In this document: piece after piece, positions 10,301 through 19,633 of the stretch
How positions within the stretch are numbered: the first letter of the stretch is position 1
How the letters are laid out: every line of letters starts with the position of its first letter
Assembly (NCBI GenBank): GCA_002747695.1
Contig: PDQD01000050.1
Coordinates: 1 to 63,298 of the forward strand
DNA from: Flavobacteriia bacterium
GTDB lineage: Bacteria > Bacteroidota > Bacteroidia > Flavobacteriales > Flavobacteriaceae
Length of the DNA stretch: 63,298 nucleotides
Direction: 5' to 3'
Notes under the pieces: model-generated
Databases searched by the model: none
The model's input: only the letters and a program-made list of their open reading frames with translations
Told to the model about the DNA's origin: nothing
Translations under genes and position numbers: made by a program

Positions 10301-11310
10301 ATACCACCTAATATTTTTAACCATTGATGTCTTACCACAGACCAGTCAAATTGATCTATCTTGTGTTTGGCATTGGTAGTCAAACGGATCACCAATTCAG
10401 GACTGGTCAATAAACGCTTAACAGCCTTAACCATAGCATCCACATCGCCGGAATCCACTAACAATGCCTCGTATTCATCACTCACCAAATACGGGACACC
10501 GCCCACATTGGTAGACAGAACGGGCAAACCCAATGCAACGGCTTCCATTACACTAACAGGTGTATTATCTATGGTTGTAGTACTGATAAAAATATCGTAG
10601 TCTTCAGACAGTTTCGTCCAATCCTCACGTTTCATTACTCCCGTAAACTTTACAGATTCTTCCAGACCCAAAGCGTTAACCAGCGCATTGGCTTCTTCCC
10701 AACTATTATCTTTTTTTGGTCCTACCATACACAATTCAGCATTCGGGTACTCGTTTTTCAGTTTATGCAGTGCATGTATGGCCATATTGGGATTATAAAA
10801 ATGAGCAAAAGCTCTCACCCATAAAAGTTTAGGTTTGATTTGTTCCCTTTGTTTATATTTGAATTTCTCAACATTCAAAATATTAGGTATAAATACTGTA
10901 GCAAAATCTCTTGCCCCAAATTCATATTCCAAATAACCGGAAGGGGCAACATTGATCATAGAATGACTGAATATAGATTGAGCCCATTTTGGGTTTTTAT
11001 CTATACGCTGGGGTAAATTACCGCCTCTTAAAATAGGTAGATACGGCTTGTTTCTAAATCGGGCAATCTGAGACGCAATCAAAGCATAATAAAAGTTTTG
11101 GGAACTAAAGGTATCTATGAGAACAACATCATACTTTTGAAACAAAGTACTAACCATCATATCAAACAATCTCAATATCTTATTTTTTTTAGATGATGAT
11201 CTGACAACTTTAAAACCTTCACGTTCTAATAATGCGGACAACACATAATAAGAAGAGTGATAATTTGATTTTTCAGTTAGATTACTCCCTATGTAAAGAA
11301 TTGTTTTCAT
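10297..11310 (-). CDS. Glycosyltransferase family 4 (GT-B), copy B
   Basis: 337 aa and collinear with copy A without gaps. ..SVMEAVALGLPVLSTNVGGVPYLVSDE.. ATG start at 11310. Confidence 0.8.
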   Translation of the reverse strand: MKTILYIGSNLTEKSNYHSSYYVLSALLEREGFKVVRSSSKKNKILRLFDMMVSTLFQKYDVVLIDTFSSQNFYYALIASQIARFRNKPYLPILRGGNLPQRIDKNPKWAQSIFSHSMINVAPSGYLEYEFGARDFATVFIPNILNVEKFKYKQREQIKPKLLWVRAFAHFYNPNMAIHALHKLKNEYPNAELCMVGPKKDNSWEEANALVNALGLEESVKFTGVMKREDWTKLSEDYDIFISTTTIDNTPVSVMEAVALGLPVLSTNVGGVPYLVSDEYEALLVDSGDVDAMVKAVKRLLTSPELVIRLTTNAKHKIDQFDWSVVRHQWLKILGGI

Positions 11311-12625
11311 TGATACTATTATATATTTTCAATAAACTCAAACCATATATAAACCCCGGAAATGCCAGCCGCATAGCCGAATGGTTAATGGTTAAAAACC
11401 AAAAAACATAAAATGCAATAACATAACCCTTAAACTGGGTTGAATTGTCAAAAAAGTTAAATAACGGCACTATTAACAACAAAAGTAAAGCTAATAGGCC
11501 AATCATTCCATGTTCGGACAACATACGTGTCATTTCATTATGTGAAGCAGCTACTTCACCTTCTTTCTTTGCCCTTAAATACTTACCACTGCCAACACCT
11601 ACACCAAAAAAAGGATTTTCATAAAACAGTTCTAAATCTTTACCTATAATCTTTAACCTACCGGTACTAAAATCCTTACTTTGTTCTCCTTTTGCTGTTT
11701 TATTCATATACCTGTTAATCAGCAACCCATCTGTGGCATTGGAAGCGTACAATAAAACACCAATGCCAATTGTCAACACAACTACGGCAAATTTCAGAAC
11801 GTTGAAAATAGACTGTTTACTGTGTAACAGACTAAAAATACTGACTGCTATAATAGCCAGAATACCGGTTATGACACCTCCTCTGGAAAAGGTTAAAAAC
11901 CCTCTGAAAGTCATATAGGTCAACAACAGTATATCAATAAGCAAAAACCCCGACACACGTTTTTTTAATAGTATCATAGCGACTATTAAAAACATTCCGA
12001 ATCCCAGAATCGTAGATACCTGATTAGGACCGTAACCACCTGAAGTATCAAAATTTGCTTCGGTGTTAAATCCTATCTCCTCCAGATTAGGCGTTTTGAA
12101 ATACAGATAGCCCAATAAAGCTATCAAAGGTAAACTTCCAATCCACAGCAGTTGTTTCAATGTATTTTTATCTATACTTCTATTATAACAATAGATAGCC
12201 GCAATCCCAAGAGTAAATGGACCACTCAAATTAAAAGCAATGGCTTTTCTTATATATTCTCCTGCGGGAACCTCCGTAAAAGCTATACCTATACTCATCA
12301 ACAACAGATACAAAACAAACACCACAGGCAGAGGTTTTCTGTCATCCATAAACAAGCCCATACCTAAGAGCAGCATCACCATATATTTAACGGACGCATG
12401 AAATAACAGTCCTCCTGACATATGCATCAAAACCTCAAAGCTAACGATATACATACTCCACAGCAAAGCTTCATTGTGTTTGTTATAGGTTTTTATCGTA
12501 TGAAAAACTGCTATACCAAACACCAAATGAATATAGATTTGCGAAACCCCATCCAGAGTAAAGAGAAAGCCCAAAGCGAGGTGAAAAGCAAATATAAAAA
12601 AGCTATATGTCCTTAGTCTGTTCAA
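11282..12625 (-). CDS. O-antigen ligase / polymerase family membrane protein (Wzy_C/WaaL-like)
   Basis: About 10-12 TM helices. Periplasmic loop with ..TFSRGG.. and ..GVGVGSGKY....SHNEMTRMLSEHG.. 3' end overlaps GT4 copy B by 29 nt. Confidence 0.7.
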   Translation of the reverse strand: MNRLRTYSFFIFAFHLALGFLFTLDGVSQIYIHLVFGIAVFHTIKTYNKHNEALLWSMYIVSFEVLMHMSGGLLFHASVKYMVMLLLGMGLFMDDRKPLPVVFVLYLLLMSIGIAFTEVPAGEYIRKAIAFNLSGPFTLGIAAIYCYNRSIDKNTLKQLLWIGSLPLIALLGYLYFKTPNLEEIGFNTEANFDTSGGYGPNQVSTILGFGMFLIVAMILLKKRVSGFLLIDILLLTYMTFRGFLTFSRGGVITGILAIIAVSIFSLLHSKQSIFNVLKFAVVVLTIGIGVLLYASNATDGLLINRYMNKTAKGEQSKDFSTGRLKIIGKDLELFYENPFFGVGVGSGKYLRAKKEGEVAASHNEMTRMLSEHGMIGLLALLLLLIVPLFNFFDNSTQFKGYVIAFYVFWFLTINHSAMRLAFPGFIYGLSLLKIYNSINENNSLHRE

Positions 12626-13752
12626 TCAACAACAAAAATTTCGTTTGACAATCTGTATAAATATTTTTTAAAAGTGAAATTCTCCGCTAAAGCATAATTA
12701 TCCTTCATCATTGTTATAAACGAATCATCAGCTATACTTAGTGCTTCTTCTATTTTCCCTTTCAATTCATCTACGGTTATGGGTGTACTGATTAACAAGC
12801 CATTAGTTTTATCCTTAACATATTGACTAATCGCCGAAACATCAGACACAACAGGGACACATCCGTAATTCATACCTTCACTGATTACCTTGGGGAACCC
12901 TTCATTTTTTGATGGCAATACTATGAAGTGACATTTTGAATAAACATCTACAATGGCATCCTTAGGTAAAAAACCGTGAAAAACACATTTGACCTCTAAC
13001 CCTTTAGAAATATTCTTGTATTTTTCAAAATCATTTCCGCCACCTACAAAATGAAACTCACCTAACCGCGTATCTTTTATACCTTTTAAGGCTTCCAAAA
13101 TAAGATGAACACCTTTATGTTCATTTAATGCCCCGACAAAACAGAAATTAATCTTTCCTGACAAGTCTTTCTTTTCTACTGCCAATGCGCCAAGAGTTCT
13201 ATCTTTCTCTAATATACATGGATTTTCAAATGCTTTTATATTTACATTTTGAGAATCCCAGTTTCCATTAACAGTTATTACATCCGTTTTAGCAATCATG
13301 TGATTAAGCCACCACTTTTGAAAACGGTTACCTGAAGGCATATTTGAATCCATCCAATTACCGGCGTACTTAATCCATAATTTTTTGTTATTAAAGATTT
13401 TTAAATAGGGTAACACGGTAAATCCGATACCGGTTGGCGCTCGAAAATGTATATAATCAACTTTTGATTTATATTGACCAATCTTACGTAAAGTCTCAAA
13501 AGAAGTCGTCAGTATTGTAAATTTATCAAGACCTTTTCCCCCACTGGGTTTTATAGGTATTAATTCTATATTCTGTTCATACGAAATAGCACTCCTTTTG
13601 TTTTTTTGATTGCTATGTAATGGCGCAATATGATAAATCTTACTAAAAATCTGACCCAGATAATTAATTTCTCTGACAGTTGGCTCCCAACCTATGACTT
13701 TACCATTATCATTAAGGTAATGTTCTGTATGTGAAATAATCAACAATTTCAT
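12622..13752 (-). CDS. Glycosyltransferase family 4
   Basis: GT-B C-terminal half ..LPSKNEGFPKVISEGMNYGCVPVVSDVSAISQYV.. 4-nt overlaps on both sides. Confidence 0.75.
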   Translation of the reverse strand: MKLLIISHTEHYLNDNGKVIGWEPTVREINYLGQIFSKIYHIAPLHSNQKNKRSAISYEQNIELIPIKPSGGKGLDKFTILTTSFETLRKIGQYKSKVDYIHFRAPTGIGFTVLPYLKIFNNKKLWIKYAGNWMDSNMPSGNRFQKWWLNHMIAKTDVITVNGNWDSQNVNIKAFENPCILEKDRTLGALAVEKKDLSGKINFCFVGALNEHKGVHLILEALKGIKDTRLGEFHFVGGGNDFEKYKNISKGLEVKCVFHGFLPKDAIVDVYSKCHFIVLPSKNEGFPKVISEGMNYGCVPVVSDVSAISQYVKDKTNGLLISTPITVDELKGKIEEALSIADDSFITMMKDNYALAENFTFKKYLYRLSNEIFVVD

Positions 13753-14849
13753 TGATTGATAACATTTTTATAATGTAAAATAATTTTGTCCCAGGTAAAA
13801 CGCTCTGACCATTTGATTGAAAGATCAGAATACCTTGCATAGTCATTTATGATATCATTAATCCCCTTCACAATATCATCTGTATCATTCGGATTAACCA
13901 ATCTTCCTGAGCTACCGTCTGATATAGCACTTTCAATACCACAGTTTAATGAACCTATAGCAGGTAACCCCATGGCGTTAGCTTCCAAAATTGCAATACC
14001 AAATCCTTCTACATCTCCGGTACCGGTCTCTGAACTTAACATCACAAATATATCTGACTGCTCCAGTAACTCATATTTTTTTTCATTGGACACCCTACCG
14101 TGAAATGTTATATGCTCAGATACATTTAATTTATTGGATAGTTCTTGCATAAATTGTTTTTCCGTAGGAATTCCTACTATATGATAATGTACGTCGGGGT
14201 ATTGTTCTTTTATTTTAGGTAGCGCTTTGATCAGGTTTTGATGACCTTTTCTTTTGGTTACATTTCCAACGGTAATTAACTGCGGATAATATTCTTTATT
14301 ACCATCATTTGACTTTTTCTTTGCCTCCACTTCTATTTGAAACCCGTTTGGAATAACAACAACCTTTTGCTGTAATTTTGTATCCAACAAACTCTTGGTG
14401 TAGTCTGACACCGCGACGATACTATCAAATGCTTTTAAACTAAGGTCAACTATTTTCTTTTTGAAGTCTTTAAAATTGACTTCAGAGCCATGAACTACAG
14501 CAATTCTCTTTCTGTTATTAAAAAAAACATTAAGTCCGACCATCCATAGCGAAAATTTTCCCGAAGCAAAAATGACATCATTTCTCCTTAACAATCTTAA
14601 GTACAAGAAAATCCGCTTTAAATAGGTCAACAAAATAAGTTTATACCGTTTTACACGAACGACTTTGAATACTTGATTATCAATAAACTGATTCTCAGCA
14701 GAATAATCCTGAGATCTGTAATCAGTCAAAACAGTAACATTAAAACCGTTTTCTGATAATTCATTTACCAAATTATAAGCATGATTACCAATACCACCCG
14801 GTTGGGGCGGAAACTCTGTTGTAACAAATAAAACTCTTTTATGACTCAT
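13749..14849 (-). CDS. Glycosyltransferase family 4
   Basis: N-terminal FVTTEFPPQPGGIGNHAYNL. C-terminal ..EGFGIAILEANAMGLPAIGS.. Confidence 0.8.
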   Translation of the reverse strand: MSHKRVLFVTTEFPPQPGGIGNHAYNLVNELSENGFNVTVLTDYRSQDYSAENQFIDNQVFKVVRVKRYKLILLTYLKRIFLYLRLLRRNDVIFASGKFSLWMVGLNVFFNNRKRIAVVHGSEVNFKDFKKKIVDLSLKAFDSIVAVSDYTKSLLDTKLQQKVVVIPNGFQIEVEAKKKSNDGNKEYYPQLITVGNVTKRKGHQNLIKALPKIKEQYPDVHYHIVGIPTEKQFMQELSNKLNVSEHITFHGRVSNEKKYELLEQSDIFVMLSSETGTGDVEGFGIAILEANAMGLPAIGSLNCGIESAISDGSSGRLVNPNDTDDIVKGINDIINDYARYSDLSIKWSERFTWDKIILHYKNVINQ

Positions 14850-15150
14850 CTATTAAAACTCCTTTGGTTAACTTTTTTCTCACTTTATACAAAAACACTT
14901 AACAAACATCAGGTTTAATCAGGTTAAGTTAAATTGGTTATTATACACTTGTGTTAAATCCTCATAAGACTTTAAAACGGCATTGTTTACCTTGCATGAA
15001 TCAAACCTTAAAGCCAATTGAATAATCAATGAATCTAAACTTTCTGTGAAAATAATATGTATACAATATGTTTTGAAAATTGCCAGACTCATCAATAAGC
15101 GTGTGTTTATGTTAACATTATAATCTTACCTAAGACTATTCTCAACGTTT

Positions 15151-16494
15151 CTAAATGTATTCTTTTTCAATACGCCAATCCAGCATCGGTCTTATTAATC
15201 CGGGCCATTTACCGCCTACCCTCATTCTGTTTTTGTCAACACCCGGTTTATCAATAATCAAAAATGACAAGGCATTCTTATGTAAAGTATGAGTCATGTT
15301 GGGGTTGTAATTACCCAAAGCAATCAAAACTTTATAGCGTCCTTCAGACAATAAGTTACCCGGTATAACACATACCGTATGAACTATGCCATCTCTACCG
15401 TCATGGTATTGTGCCCATTCGGGATTATCAAATTCGTTTGAAGCAAACAATGTTCTTTCAAATTCATCAATAATATGCAGTATGGCAGTATTTTTAAAAT
15501 CCGGATTAGTATCGTAGTATTTAAAATGAATGTAGATGTTTTCCGTTACATCAAACTCGTAATTTAATTCATTCTCTTTATTAGCAATAAAAACTTTCTT
15601 TAAACGGGCGTATTCATTACCCGGCATATCGTCATCAGGCCATTCTTTGATAACATTGTCGTGTTCATTAGCTCTGATATACTCTTTAATGATGTCTATA
15701 GGTTTACCGGATGCTTTGACCTTACCGTCCTCTATCAAAACTACTCTGCTACAGATTCTTTGAACAGCCATCAAATCATGGCTTACAAACAACACCGTCC
15801 TGCCATCTCCTTTATTAATATCCTGCATTTTCCCAATGGCTTTTTTTTGGAAATCAGCGTCACCTACTGCCAGTACTTCATCAACCACTAAAATTTCAGG
15901 TTCAAGATGCGCTGCAACAGCAAATGCCAGACGTACTGTCATCCCGCTTGAGTAACGTTTCACCGGTGTATCAATATAACGGGCGACACCTGCAAAATCT
16001 ACTATCTCATCAAACTTAGCGTTGATTTCAGCCTTTGTCATTCCCAGAATAGCCCCATTGAGGTAAACATTTTCTCCTCCTGTAAGTTCAGGGTGAAAAC
16101 CTGTCCCCACTTCAAGTAATGAGGCAATTCGTCCACGGCTTTTTATAGTTCCGGTTGTAGGACTTGTCACACGGGATAAAATCTTAAGTAAGGTTGATTT
16201 TCCCGCTCCGTTTTTCCCAATAATTCCCAAGACTTCTCCTTCTTGCACCTCTATATTAATATCTTTAAGTGCCCATACATATTCAGACTTCCCGACAGTT
16301 GCCCTATCATTTGTCTCACCTATTTTTGAGTAAGGATCTTGTTTGCCACGTACCACATGCCACCAACGGTTAAAATCGTGCTTTAATGTACGCATACCTA
16401 CAACACCCAGACGGTATTGCTTGGAAATGTTTTCTATTTTAAGAAAAGGCTCATTGGGTGGTGTTTTTTTTGGGAATTGCGTTTTAAGTGTCAT
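15151..16494 (-). CDS. wzt: Polysaccharide/O-antigen export ABC transporter ATP-binding protein (Wzt/TagH type) with C-terminal extension
   Basis: Walker A GKNGAGKST, signature YSSGM, Walker B ILVVDE. About 180 extra C-terminal residues, as in the Wzt carbohydrate-binding domain. Confidence 0.85.
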   Translation of the reverse strand: MTLKTQFPKKTPPNEPFLKIENISKQYRLGVVGMRTLKHDFNRWWHVVRGKQDPYSKIGETNDRATVGKSEYVWALKDINIEVQEGEVLGIIGKNGAGKSTLLKILSRVTSPTTGTIKSRGRIASLLEVGTGFHPELTGGENVYLNGAILGMTKAEINAKFDEIVDFAGVARYIDTPVKRYSSGMTVRLAFAVAAHLEPEILVVDEVLAVGDADFQKKAIGKMQDINKGDGRTVLFVSHDLMAVQRICSRVVLIEDGKVKASGKPIDIIKEYIRANEHDNVIKEWPDDDMPGNEYARLKKVFIANKENELNYEFDVTENIYIHFKYYDTNPDFKNTAILHIIDEFERTLFASNEFDNPEWAQYHDGRDGIVHTVCVIPGNLLSEGRYKVLIALGNYNPNMTHTLHKNALSFLIIDKPGVDKNRMRVGGKWPGLIRPMLDWRIEKEYI

Positions 16495-16632
16495 TGTTTG
16501 TCAGTATTTCCAATGATTGATGACAACAATTTATGGTATATACAAAACACCAAACTAATAGTCATCAAACAATTATAATAATTGTACTACAATATTAAGA
16601 AAAATTTATGAATTGCCACACTTAATGCCAAT

Positions 16633-16695
16633 AAAAAAATAATCCGCATTAGTCTCCGGCATGTATAATAAAAACCAGATGACCAATACGGATTA
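16633..16695 (-). terminator. Possible intrinsic terminator of sppA (long-loop hairpin + U7)
   Basis: On the minus strand: TAATCCGTATT...AATGCGGATTA followed by TTTTTTT. The loop is about 35 nt, so this is weak. Confidence 0.35.
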
Positions 16696-16746
16696 CTAAA
16701 ATGATAGAATTTCTTCTAAGCCTTAAAAGACAAAATCAAACACGAA

Positions 16747-18501
16747 CTATCTAATTACCAACTCATAAGGCATACGCGCTTGAACGCCTTCCATTTGTTT
16801 AAAATTCTCTATTGTTTGATAGATTTGATAATTTTCTTCGCCTAAAGTTTCTTTAAGCATGTCTGCTTTGGATGTCATAAACGGATTACCTTTAAATACA
16901 TCTTCGATATCTTTTTTATAACGCGGATAAGCCGTTGTTTTATAAGAATCCAAACCGGCTATGCTCGCCGCATGACTTACAGCATCATTAAGACTACCCA
17001 ACTCGTCAACCAAACCTATGTCCTGTGCTTCTTTTCCGGTCCATACACGACCCTGAGCTACGGCATCTACGGCCTCCTTAGTCATGTTTCTACCTTCCGC
17101 AACATGGGTGATAAATATTTGGTAGAAGTTATCTATCATCCCTTTCATTTCATCGTGAAATGCTTGATTCATAGGCTCAAAAATACTGTAACCCGGGGCT
17201 TTATTGGTAGTTACCTGCTCGGCATTGATCCCCATATTCTTGGCGAGACCATTGACATTCGGCATAGCACCAAAGACTCCTATTGAACCGGTTATAGTCG
17301 TAGGTTCAGCATAGATTTTATCGGCTTTACAAGCGATATAATAACCACCGGAAGCCGCTAAATTACCCATAGAAACAACCAAAGGCTTTTCTTGTTTAAG
17401 TAATTCTAACTCTCTCAAGATAATATCAGATGCTAAACCACTACCACCAGGAGAATTAACACGTAAAACCAAAGCTTTGATTTTTTTGTCTTTCTTGATT
17501 TTTCTTATCGCTTTGATCATGGCTTCCTGACCTATAAATGTTTCATCCCCTTTACCGTATTTAATTTCTCCTTGAGCGTATAGAACAGCCACTTTATCTG
17601 AAGCACTTGAAGCATTTCTTCCCTTACCGGATTTTAAATAATGCTTCATGGTAATCATATTCAAATCATCCATACTCTCCACACCTGACCACGACACTAA
17701 TTTATCACGGTATTGATCTATATAAAGCACACCATCAATCATATGGTTATCGACAGCCAAAGCGTTGGTTTTAGTCCCTAAATTGTCAGCGACCTTATTT
17801 AACTCATCAACAGATTTTCCTCTGCTTTGCCCTATATCTTCCAAGAATTCACCCCAAATAGAACTTAAGAATGACAAAGTTTGCTCACGGTTGGCATCAC
17901 TCATTTTATCTGATATAAAACCTTCCATGGCACTCTTATATTTACCATGACGAATGACCTCCATTTTAACACCGTATTTTTCCTGAAAATCTTTGAAATA
18001 TAATTTTTCAGAAGTCAAACCTTTAAATTCTAATATTCCAACCGGGTTGATAAAGATAGAATCGGCAACAGAACTCAGGTAATAAGACTTCTGAGAATAA
18101 CTATCTGCAAAAGCACCAATAAATTTCCCGCTGCTTTTGAACTCTATTAATTTATCGCGTAAAGCCTGCAATTGAGCCATACCTATACGTGACTGATCCA
18201 GCTCAATACTGATTCCTTTGATGTTATCATCGGTCATAGCATTGTCAATAGCGGTCAATACTTCGCTCAATTGGAATTGAGGATTGACATCCTTAAATAT
18301 TTGATCAAACGGATTGTCCGATTTGGGCACATAGTCCTTGACATCACCTGAGAGTTTAAGTGTTAATACAGAAGAAGGTTTGACAACGACTTTCTCTTTA
18401 CTACCCATGGCAGCACCAATACCGGCAAAGAGAAAAAACAAAAGTCCCCAAGCAATCATTGTACCTAATATAGCGGCTAATAAGTTTCTTAAAAATTTCA
18501 T
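16747..18501 (-). CDS. sppA: Signal peptide peptidase SppA, 67K type
   Basis: Two ClpP/crotonase-like halves. ..NSPGGSGLASD..SMGNLAASGGYYIA.. N-terminal TM helix. Confidence 0.9.
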   Translation of the reverse strand: MKFLRNLLAAILGTMIAWGLLFFLFAGIGAAMGSKEKVVVKPSSVLTLKLSGDVKDYVPKSDNPFDQIFKDVNPQFQLSEVLTAIDNAMTDDNIKGISIELDQSRIGMAQLQALRDKLIEFKSSGKFIGAFADSYSQKSYYLSSVADSIFINPVGILEFKGLTSEKLYFKDFQEKYGVKMEVIRHGKYKSAMEGFISDKMSDANREQTLSFLSSIWGEFLEDIGQSRGKSVDELNKVADNLGTKTNALAVDNHMIDGVLYIDQYRDKLVSWSGVESMDDLNMITMKHYLKSGKGRNASSASDKVAVLYAQGEIKYGKGDETFIGQEAMIKAIRKIKKDKKIKALVLRVNSPGGSGLASDIILRELELLKQEKPLVVSMGNLAASGGYYIACKADKIYAEPTTITGSIGVFGAMPNVNGLAKNMGINAEQVTTNKAPGYSIFEPMNQAFHDEMKGMIDNFYQIFITHVAEGRNMTKEAVDAVAQGRVWTGKEAQDIGLVDELGSLNDAVSHAASIAGLDSYKTTAYPRYKKDIEDVFKGNPFMTSKADMLKETLGEENYQIYQTIENFKQMEGVQARMPYELVIR

Positions 18502-18610
18502 GTTTTAGATTATTTTATAATATACGTTTGGTTAGTCTCGCATTAAGATAAAATGTTACAGTTTTTTCAGATAGTTTTTCTATTATTAATCATTGTTGCG
18601 TGCAATTTGC

Positions 18611-18618
18611 TACCTTTG
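18611..18618 (+). promoter_or_regulatory. Candidate Bacteroidota -7 box (TACCTTTG = TAnnTTTG) for the GT2 gene
   Basis: Exact match to TAnnTTTG, 56 nt upstream of the ATG at 18674. TTG triplets at 18593-18598 could serve as the -33 element, but the spacing is short. Confidence 0.3.
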
Positions 18619-18673
18619 GCAGTCTAATAATCCATGACACACGATATACAATTCTAAAAACAAAGCTCCTGTC

Positions 18674-19633
18674 ATGCCACAGCAACTATCCTTTTCTATC
18701 ATTATTCCGGTATATAACCGCCCCGGCGAAGTCGATGAATTGTTAGAAAGTCTTTCACAACAAACTCATCCTGAGAAGTTTGAAGTCATCGTCGTGGATG
18801 ATGGTTCATCTGACGGTAAAAAGTGTGATGTGGTTGCCAATCGGCATAGCTCACAACTGGATATCAAATACTTTTACAAACCTAATTCCGGCGCAGGATT
18901 GAGTAGAAATTTCGGGATGACAAAAGCAACCGGTACTTATTTCATTATTTTAGACTCAGATGTTATACTTCCGCCACAATATCTGTCTGTTGTCCATCAA
19001 ACATTAGACCAACAGTACACAGATATTTACGGGGGACCTGATACTGCGCATCACACATTTACACCCCTGCAAAAAAGCATCAATTACGCCATGACTTCTT
19101 TTTGGACGACCGGCGGATTGAGAGGCGGTAAAAACAACAAGGACTTTCAGCCCCGTAGTTTTAATCTGGGTATGTCCCGGGAAGTTTTTCATGCTACCGG
19201 AGGGTTTAAATCCCGTAAAATAGGTGAGGATATTGATTTTAGTTTCCGAACTAAGCAAATGGGTTATACCTCACAATTGATACCTGAGGCGTATGTCTAT
19301 CATAAAAGACGTAACACCTTAAAACAGTTTTTCAAACAAACTTTTGCTTTTGGTAAAGAAAGACCGAAACTCAATAAAGAATTTCCCGGCACCTCCAAAC
19401 TCACTTACTGGTTTCCCACCTTGTTCGCTCTGGGGCTTATCTTTAGTATTATATGCTTTATCATAACGCCGTATTTGCCTTTTATTTACCTATACGGTCT
19501 TTATCTTAGCATTGTTGGGGTAGATTCTGCCTTAAAAAACAAGTCTATAGTTGTAGGATTGATGTCAATGATTACGACAATCACCCAATTTTTCGGGTAT
19601 GGGTTTGGGTTTTTGACAGGATTATTCCGTTAA
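18674..19633 (+). CDS. Glycosyltransferase family 2 with C-terminal TM segments
   Basis: FSIIIPVYNRPGEVDELLESL..Q....FEVIVVDDGSSD ... ILDSD. Confidence 0.8.
   Translation: MPQQLSFSIIIPVYNRPGEVDELLESLSQQTHPEKFEVIVVDDGSSDGKKCDVVANRHSSQLDIKYFYKPNSGAGLSRNFGMTKATGTYFIILDSDVILPPQYLSVVHQTLDQQYTDIYGGPDTAHHTFTPLQKSINYAMTSFWTTGGLRGGKNNKDFQPRSFNLGMSREVFHATGGFKSRKIGEDIDFSFRTKQMGYTSQLIPEAYVYHKRRNTLKQFFKQTFAFGKERPKLNKEFPGTSKLTYWFPTLFALGLIFSIICFIITPYLPFIYLYGLYLSIVGVDSALKNKSIVVGLMSMITTITQFFGYGFGFLTGLFR

Larger units (their letters stand above)
8996..11310. repeat. Diverged tandem duplication, unit B (GT4 + CapK-like)
   Basis: See unit A. The two units are separated by the GT2 gene plus a 116-bp spacer. Confidence 0.8.

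Noticed and set aside
16464-16471. A8/T8 homopolymer near the 5' end of wzt, with further 8-mers in polysaccharide genes (10051-10058, 11183-11190, about 14521), considered as slipped-strand phase-variation switches.
   Set aside because: Equally long tracts occur in housekeeping genes (for example parA, 25339-25346). In this AT-rich genome they are not specific evidence for phase variation.
19630-19633. The convergent GT2 and Crp/Fnr genes share stop-codon bases (TTAA) with no terminator between them.
   Set aside because: This arrangement is common in compact genomes and is not informative on its own.
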